Part shown: positions 62,935 to 64,000 of the stretch, in pieces
How positions within the stretch are numbered: the stretch's first letter is position 1
How the letters are laid out: every line of letters starts with the position of its first letter
The notes under the pieces: generated by a model
Database searches by the model: none
What the model was told of the DNA's origin: nothing
The model's input: only the letters and a program-made list of their open reading frames with translations
Origin: a virus
Reading direction: 5' to 3' (one strand)
IMG/VR virus record: IMGVR_UViG_3300003886_000001
Location: 32,001 to 96,000 of that record
DNA: 64,000 bases
Made by a program: the position numbers and the translations under genes

Positions 62935-64000
62935 ATGGCCGAATTAGAGATTAACGGTAAAAAGATATCAATTAAGACTGCCCTAGCTAAACGTGCTCAA
63001 ACAGCCGGCCGCATTATGGTAGCCGGGGTTGGTCAAAAGGGCAGTAACACCGCTGGTAATGAGGGTGTCTATATCTCTACCGAATATTATAGGAATGATA
63101 TTAGTGGTAAGCCGTATCCTGGCCGGATTAACTTTAATACACAACGGGTGTTAGCATATAACAGCACAGTTGTTCGTGCCATTCTTACGCTTAGGGCACA
63201 CCAGGTAGCTAAGTTGCCTTTTAGTTTGGTGCCTAGCGATAAAAAAGAGCCGCCACGACAGATTAGTGTGTTAGAGTATAGTGTATATGGTCTAGACGAC
63301 CATCCAGCGTTTGACGAAGCAGAAAAAGTATTTCTTCGTAAAATATATGAGAAACTAGACCCGGAATACTACATCTCTGATAAAAAAGGTTTATTTGAAG
63401 AAAAGAAGGACGAATTTACTCCAGCTGAAATATCTACCGTTGAACATCTGCAAAATAAGCACGATGCTTTTTATAGGAAGCGTTCAAAAGATATTAAAAA
63501 TATTAAACGTCTGTTAGACGACCCGGACCCGTGGTTTACCGATACTAGGTCGTGGGGACAATTATTAAAAAGTATACTCATGGACCTCTTGATATTAGAC
63601 CGTGGCATCTTTGTTATTGTCCGTGACGAAGACGACAAGATACGTGGTCTTATGCCTATTGATGGGTCAACTGTACGTCCCCTAATTAACGAATACGGAA
63701 CTTATGACAATGACAAAGCCTATGTACAGGTAGTTCATGGTTCTCCTCAGGTATACTTTAAAAAGAGGGATGTCGTAGTAATGAAGATGAACCCAATGAC
63801 GGATATGAAGTATTTCGGGTACGGACTATCAAATATGGAAACCCTATACACTGATTCATTGGCAGACATCTTTATTGATAAGGGGCAGCTTGACTTTTAC
63901 CGCAAGGGAGGGTCAATTCCAGAAGGATTTATCGCTATTGAGCCTATGAGTGGAGCTGGGGCTGGTAATGAAACAGCACAAGCACAGTTTAATCAAGAAT
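62935..64000 (+). CDS. phage portal protein (runs off the window end; absent from the ORF track)
   Basis: Translated by hand: ...DLLILDRG...LMPIDGSTVR...YVQVVHG...NPMTD...GYGLSNME...GGSIPEGF. Confidence 0.85.
   Translation, partial: MAELEINGKKISIKTALAKRAQTAGRIMVAGVGQKGSNTAGNEGVYISTEYYRNDISGKPYPGRINFNTQRVLAYNSTVVRAILTLRAHQVAKLPFSLVPSDKKEPPRQISVLEYSVYGLDDHPAFDEAEKVFLRKIYEKLDPEYYISDKKGLFEEKKDEFTPAEISTVEHLQNKHDAFYRKRSKDIKNIKRLLDDPDPWFTDTRSWGQLLKSILMDLLILDRGIFVIVRDEDDKIRGLMPIDGSTVRPLINEYGTYDNDKAYVQVVHGSPQVYFKKRDVVVMKMNPMTDMKYFGYGLSNMETLYTDSLADIFIDKGQLDFYRKGGSIPEGFIAIEPMSGAGAGNETAQAQFNQE

Noticed and set aside
1-64000. Integrase, transposase, intron or intein
   Set aside because: No recognisable motifs; polymerase, ligases and helicase are of normal length and uninterrupted.

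Overview
A 64-kb segment of a large lytic dsDNA tailed phage genome. It has no integrase, CRISPR array or rRNA. Frequent leaderless genes and a DRB0094-type ligase hint at a Deinococcota-like host, but that is inference only. From left to right: (i) 0-16.9 kb, + strand, nucleic-acid repair and metabolism genes (NADAR, metallophosphoesterase, RNA ligase, DNA ligase, RtcB, PAPS-reductase-like, radical SAM, NUDIX-like, rIIA/rIIB), a compact tmRNA and an apparently dead DNA methyltransferase; (ii) 17.0-23.7 kb, about 33 tRNA genes covering all 20 amino acids, including structurally odd tRNAs and several structured spacers, plus a second RNA ligase and RNase H; (iii) 23.7-49.4 kb, an accessory region of small genes with an SNF2 helicase, a 3D-domain protein, four HExxH proteins, an orphan HicB-like protein and several paralog expansions, one with about 16 members; (iv) 49.4-50.3 kb, a repeat-rich non-coding region (candidate origin or terminus); (v) 52.6-64 kb, putative virion proteins, a family-A DNA polymerase and the start of a portal gene. 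The strongest unexplained signal is a phage-specific promoter design, TTCTCAT-N12-TAnnnT, at about 21 sites. Its heptamer core is also arrayed about 18 times at 49.44-49.94 kb.
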